64,000 bases of DNA from the human T2T-CHM13v2.0 reference genome, Homo sapiens, in NCBI RefSeq assembly GCF_009914755.1, contig NC_060932.1. One strand, 5' to 3'. The notes under the pieces are model-generated. The model was not told the origin of the DNA. It made no database searches and saw nothing but the letters and a program-made list of their open reading frames with translations. Of this stretch, positions 57,341 through 64,000 are shown in pieces. The stretch's first letter is position 1, and every line of letters starts with the position of its first letter. The translations under genes were made by a program, and so were the position numbers.

Positions 57341-58009
57341 AGGTTTTATTACTGATACTATAATCACTATGACTTTTAGTAGAATTACATTTTTTATAAA
57401 ACTACCCACTTCTTCCCTTTTCAAAATCCTCTCAAAGAAGAGCTATTTTTTGAGTTGGTTTCAACAGCAGAAAGGACAACCTTTGCTGGCTTCATACAAG
57501 CACTAACCAGTCCGTGAATCACCAATTCCCTATGAGATGTAAGCTGGATTTGTTGGGCAAGCCTTCTAAGACCGCTCCTTCCAAGGGGAGGAAAGAGTGG
57601 TAAGCGCCCTTTTGTTCTCCCTCTTCCTTATGCCTGGAATTCAGAAGATGGAGCTGGAAGTGAAGCAGCCCTGAGGAATTGTGAGCATCCCATAAGCTAG
57701 CGGGGCAAAGCTGAAAGCACCCCTTACCCACCACAGACCTCCCACCCCCACCCACCATCTTCACATGGGGGAGAAATTTACACAGGTCAGGTTACTGAAT
57801 TCAAGTTTTCCAAATGTCTATAGCATATCGCATTAGGCTTTAGTTAACACTTACTTTGACTAACCCCCTAAAACACCATTTCAAAACGTAAAGCTCAGAA
57901 ATAAATTACTTACATGTTCTCTAGTCTTTTACAGCACCATCTCTTAAAAACATGCACAAAAACAGCACCTGCTTAGCAGTGCCATCTTCAACTCCTCAAT
58001 TGTTTTGTT

Positions 58010-58557
58010 TTGTTTGTATTGATTATATTCTCTTATTATCTGTGTTCTTGATACTCCCGTATTTGGGGCCTTGACTGTGGAGAGACTGTTCCTCCCTGGG
58101 CTGGCTAATTCCTAGAGACAGAAAAGACCCCTGTGCGAGCGTGCCTGTGATATACAAACCAACCAATCCAGAGCCACAGCAGGTAATATTCCCCCATCCT
58201 AAATCACCCAGGCCCAGGTCCTGGACAACTGGGGGCCATCCCTATAGCCCAAAGCCTGCCAAAATTATTCAAACTAGCCAATCTTAAACTTACCCAGCTT
58301 GGCTACCCTGTCTTGCCCGTTCCCTTCTGAAAAAACAAACAAACAAACAAACAATAAAGGCTCTGGGCCACGCTCCCCCATCTCCCATCTCCGGCTCCCA
58401 TCCCAACCTGGTGTTTCCCTGTGATCCCGTGCAATGTACTGAGCCTCCTGTGTCTAAGGATCTGTAAGCATAAACCTCTTTCATAACAGTCATTTCCATG
58501 TCTGGATGTCTCCCCATACCTGAATTTTCAAAAACCCCATGTACAAATTTTAGAACA
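58010..58557 (+). mobile_element. ERVL-type solo LTR (MER68/MER77-like)
   Basis: aaaccaaccaatccagagcc, ttcaaactagccaatc, AATAAA and terminal ..agaaca. The family assignment is from memory. Confidence 0.6.
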
Positions 58558-60973
58558 AAATTTTGGGAGGAACAAATGATTACTCACTAATTATCAGGAA
58601 CAAAATTTCAAATGCACAATGTATTTCCAGACTCGAAAGTCACTAGTGCTTTCCAAAGTTTAGTTTGGAAATGACAAACTATAGGTAATAAATTTTTATT
58701 TGATATAATGTGTTATTTCTAAAAAATTTCAAATAAAGTAATATAAACAGGCAAGCAACCTATTATTGCCCAACCTGATATAAGATTTTTAGAAATACAA
58801 CTTTTTCACAAATCAAGACTGACTGCATGATATCGAGTTTTATTATCATAACATCCTCTGTTTTATTGTTACCTTTTTTTAAAGCACGGGATCCACGTAG
58901 GAGACAATAAGATTACTGGAGGAACTGGTAACAATAATTCCTTATGTAAAGTAACTTTTCCTTCATTGAACAAGTTCCAGTAAACAAGAAATCAGTTTTC
59001 CTAGCTCAATTTAATACTTTTTCAGTCTGGTTCTTAGATCTTGAAAAAAAAATTCAATGCCAATTTAAGGCTTATAAAAATTGAGTTTTTGTATTTTAGT
59101 CTGTTGTCTCCATTACCAGGTACATCTAAATGTTCAAGCTTAATCTAGAGAGAAAATCAGAATTCCAAGAAGATATTATGTGAAATAAATCCAAGTGAGC
59201 CGAGAGGAGAGAGGTGAAAAGCCAAAACCTGTCAATAATGATAGTCACGCCAGAGCTCTGTACTCTAATACGCTGTTTTGAAAAGAAAACAAAACCTCAA
59301 AAGTGAAATTTAACTTATAAAGGGTATACATACGACCCTCCCGGTAAGCTCGTTGGGAAACATACAGTATAAAAGGTTTGTATGCTGGAAACATTACATG
59401 TAATAAAGAGGTAATTACAAGTCACCTGCAAACCTCTATAATTGTCCTAGAGCTACTTCACAGATGAACAAAGTAGCTAAGCTCATTGTCTTGAGTTACT
59501 GAGTGTGATCCCTCTCAGCACAGAAGTGATGTGTGTTCCCTGTGCTGCAAACTGCACTGGGGGTAAGGGTGGGGGAGGGGGAACAAAGAGAAAAGGGGTC
59601 GAGTGGCAGAAAGTCACAATGAACATTTTGAGATTCCTGTCTTCCAGGGACCAAGCAAGATGCTTTTCACCTCTCAGGCCTCCCCTGTCACTTTCTAAGA
59701 AACTCTCTACCAGTTTCTGTGTCCTAACCCAGCCTGTGATAGAAAGGAAAGATCAAAAAAGAGCAGGAAGCAGATCTCACAGCAGGTCTCTGTCAGTCCC
59801 TGTTAACCCAGAGCTTACTATGGATAATGCTTGCTACATCACAGACACCCAATTAATTGTTTCATTTAATCCTTAAAAACCTCCCTACCAGGTAGATATC
59901 AGGTATACCTAAATATAAGGCAACTCTAAGTAACTGTTAGGTACTCTATAAATTCCAATGGGGCAAAAAGTTATTGGCCATATTGAATATTTAAATTTTT
60001 AGGATGGATGAAATAATCAAATGGCTCCTTATAATATTTTATTATGTTAATTTGCATATATAAAATCACATAATACATTAAAACAATAAATAAATGCGTT
60101 TTCGTTCGCTTCCACTTCAGGAAATGATTTTGTTCAAGATTTTCATGTGTAATTTGTCATAAGGATCTTTGCTACGACTACAGTCTCGTTATCTTGCATC
60201 TTCAGTTCTAAGTTATTTGAGATACAGCAATTTTTTAAATGTGTGATGGAAGTTCTATCCTAACCTACAGTATCCATTCACTAGCAGTGATCTGAACATC
60301 ACTTACTGCATGTATGACCTAGAAAAGTCATCTTTAAGAAGCTGGTTTATCCAACATCCGACACCTGCACCTCCGAGAGCACTTCCCCAGAAAGAATTAC
60401 TAAATGTGTGTTCAACTTGTTTTCTCCCTCTTTTTACCCTGTTTTAGTGATCTCCATAAGCATTCCAAACTGACATTATCTATAGTTATTTCAAGCTCAT
60501 ATGTTTTCTCCAAAGAATTCTTTGTTAATCAAAATAATCAAAAGAGGATCCCTAATACAGAACACTTTAAGAACTTAATGTAAGACCACTCCCTCTCTTC
60601 TGGTATCTTTTTGAGAAAAACATCCTCACCCTAACTTTGGGATATATTGAGTATTCATTCCTTTTTACAAAAGAAGAATATAGAGAAAGTTTAGGCAACC
60701 TGAAGCATATAGAGGAAGTTAACCCAACACACAGTTAAAAGAATAAGAAGCAACCCTCAGACCAAAGTTTACAAAAGGGGCATTTAGTTGGCAGCCCACA
60801 TGTGAACATAAAGAAGAGCCGAAGAGAACAAAGTCACTCTTTTACATTATTTGCACTTTTTTTCTAGCACAGTTGGAGAATTTTAATCTTTCTTTCCCTA
60901 TTGTTTGCTGTCACTTACTTACAATCACACACACACACACAAACTTTATTTTCTATTAATATAAACCATATAA

Positions 60974-61271
<298 letters not shown>

Positions 61272-61330
61272 ATAAACATTTTTAATGAACACACGATGTA
61301 TCATCAGTAATACAATTTAGTCATTGTTGA

Positions 61331-61694
<364 letters not shown>

Positions 61695-62363
61695 TGACAA
61701 CTGGATAATATGATTCAGAATGTAATCAAAATATTAGTGCAACTGATGCAAATGAAATAAATGTCCAAGAAGTCAGTGATATGTATCTGTTTTGTGCACT
61801 ATTGTATCCCCATGTCACTGAGAACCCCAGAAAGTACCAGCATCAAATTGCAAGGTCAAGATGGCATAAAACACGGTTGCATGTACTGGGCAAGAAGCAC
61901 TTTGATGGTGAGCTGAGAAACTGCTTTCGCCATGTACTGAGCCTGGGATGGAATCAGAATCACAGGGTGCGGGGTCAGCATGGGAGCAGGAAGCAAACAG
62001 AGGGATGGGCTTAAGGGGCTGACCTGAGGGGGTTTATATAATATACCTCCAAAGAAAAAGCAAGAGCAAGTTCTGGGAGTAACTGAATCTCCCTAAAAGT
62101 AGAAAAGTCACTAAGCATCCAAATGGCATCTAAGTGGGCAACAGGAACCAGCCAGAAGGGCTCGATAAACTGTACTTACCGAGTTGATTTCCGGCTAGCC
62201 TTTGGTTAAATTAGGTTTGTAACTCTAAGCCGTTTCTTTTTATTTATTTTTTCTTTCTTTCAGTATAAGATTTTCTTCAAACAGTCTAGTTTCGTCTCAA
62301 GTATCAAGTAAAGTGAAATGTATCATTCCACCTCTCTGTAGGGATGAATGAGGGTATCGGTGG

Positions 62364-62551
62364 GCTAGAGGGCAGGGAAGCAGGATCGGAACTCCAGGCC
62401 CAGGCCCAGGAGCAGAGCACATCCATGTGCTAGAGGGCAGGGAAGCAGGATCAGAACTCCAGGCCCAGGCCCAGGAGCAGAGCACATCGATGTGCTAGAG
62501 GGCAGGGAAGCAGGATCGGAACTCCAGGCCCAGGCGCAGGAGCCGAGCACA
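62364..62551. repeat. 65-bp minisatellite, about 2.9 copies
   Basis: Units start at 62364, 62429 and 62494 (gctagagggcagggaagcaggatc(g/a)gaactccaggcccagg...gagcacatc(c/g)atgt). Confidence 0.95.
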
Positions 62552-64000
62552 GTCTGGCCAACTAAAGGAAAGGCAGGGTAAAGGATTTCTTTTAGAATCC
62601 CTCTCTCTCACTGGCTCACAGGCAACATGCTCTCCCAGCTGCGGTTCTGCCATGGCTGCCATTCTGCTCCATTTCCTTGGCCTGTTGTACTTCTCCCACT
62701 CCCCTTTAGTGATAGGTGAAGGCCCAGGGATTAGTTTTTCACCCGCTGTTCTTCTTATTTCACATTCTCTGCCTTTCAAAATGCAAGAGCTTGGAAGCAA
62801 TATCTATCATCCAATCAACACACCGGTGTGGTGGCAAATGTACCCTAAGTCAGTCAATATATATAAATTGCTTAAAACAGTGCCCAGCACATAGGAAATA
62901 TTCAGTAAGAATTAGCTGTTATTACTACCAGTGCTGGGAACCAGCCTTTGCTACATTACCATGTGATTTGGGCCAGTAATTCTGCCTTTCTTTTCCAGCC
63001 TTTTGTACTCACTACAAAGTACATTTGTACTCCCAGGCTTTTGTACAATTAATTTTGAACCTAATTCAAACAATCACTGTAGGCAAACAAGATGCTTACT
63101 TCACGGGTTTTTGTAAGATTAAAATGACAGAAGTCACATGAAGCGGCACATGAAAACCTCAAAATGACTAAATATAAGGCTCTACATCAATAATTCCATA
63201 GCTCTATGATGATAATTTCAGGTGTCCAGACCTGACATCTCCCCTAGGCTTCAGGCTACCTCACAGTTCCGTCGCGTGAGAAGGAATCACCAAATAGAAA
63301 CTATTACACAGGAAAAGCAAAAGATGTCAGTAATTTAGTCCATTCAGAAGCAACTAGGTCAATCAGCCAGAACAGACATCTGAGGCAGGAGTCTAAACTT
63401 GAACTGGGATAACAGAACAAGGAGAGATGAAAGCAAGATAACTGTAGATGAGATTGTATTCTTTTAACCCCAAGAATAAAGAAAGGCAAATACAAAAGAA
63501 ATCTTACCAAGCAGAATTAACCATCTCAAAGCTACATTCGCATCTGTCTTGACAATCGGAACTCCCACCCTATGATAATAATGTAATGAGAAAAAAATAC
63601 AAAGTAAACCATAACCAGGAGAAGCTCACACATGGTCTAGTTAGCTCACTTTGCGGGAAGGTCTGAGGAGACATCCGGAAGGGACAAGTATCTCATGTTT
63701 TGAATGAAAGGGAAGGATCTGAGTTTTGTATGAAGTGTTAAAGCTCTCAAGAGAGATTTTGGGTACTCTGTCCTGTGCATCTCTCACAGACAGTGGTCAA
63801 GTCATTGCCAGTGACAGGCCATGCTGTTACATATCTACATTATCTCAGAAGGCCACCCCACCCTTTGAAAGACACCAACGGAAAACAGGAATCCTGCACT
63901 GAGGACAGAGTCTCACTTTCCTGAGATCCTGTATGTGCTCTTGGCAATCAAGGAAGCCTGCTCTCTGAACTGTGTGCCCCCTGCACCTATCATCCCCTGG

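Noticed and set aside
62364-62551. CRISPR-like array
   Set aside because: Head-to-tail units with no unique spacers and no cas genes, in a eukaryotic context.

Overview
This window is primate, almost certainly human, nuclear genomic DNA from inside the PSD3 gene (EFA6R/EFA6D, an ARF6 guanine-nucleotide exchange factor, 8p22), transcribed on the minus strand. Only two coding exons are present: 41474-40367 (1108 bp) and 36807-36412 (396 bp). Together they encode the region N-terminal to the Sec7 domain. The rest is intron, containing many Alus, L1/L2/MIR fragments, LTRs, a full-length Tigger1, MER2/MER5/MADE1 DNA elements, microsatellites and an old cytochrome b NUMT. Almost all other ORFs in the track are spurious. 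I found no CRISPR array, RNA gene or novel multi-gene system. The most unusual signals are small DNA rearrangements and RNA-processing features: a perfect 35-bp inverted repeat 1.06 kb apart, a 115-bp sequence copied into an old L1, a 73-bp tandem duplication, a palindrome-junction 65-bp VNTR, candidate alternative-first-exon and recursive splice sites, an out-of-frame ORF overlapping Met66, inverted Alus around the large exon and a CTCF site with its upstream motif. The haplotype carries Leu at codon 186. Repeat subfamily names and PSD3 exon/residue numbering come from recalled consensus and reference sequences, not from a search.
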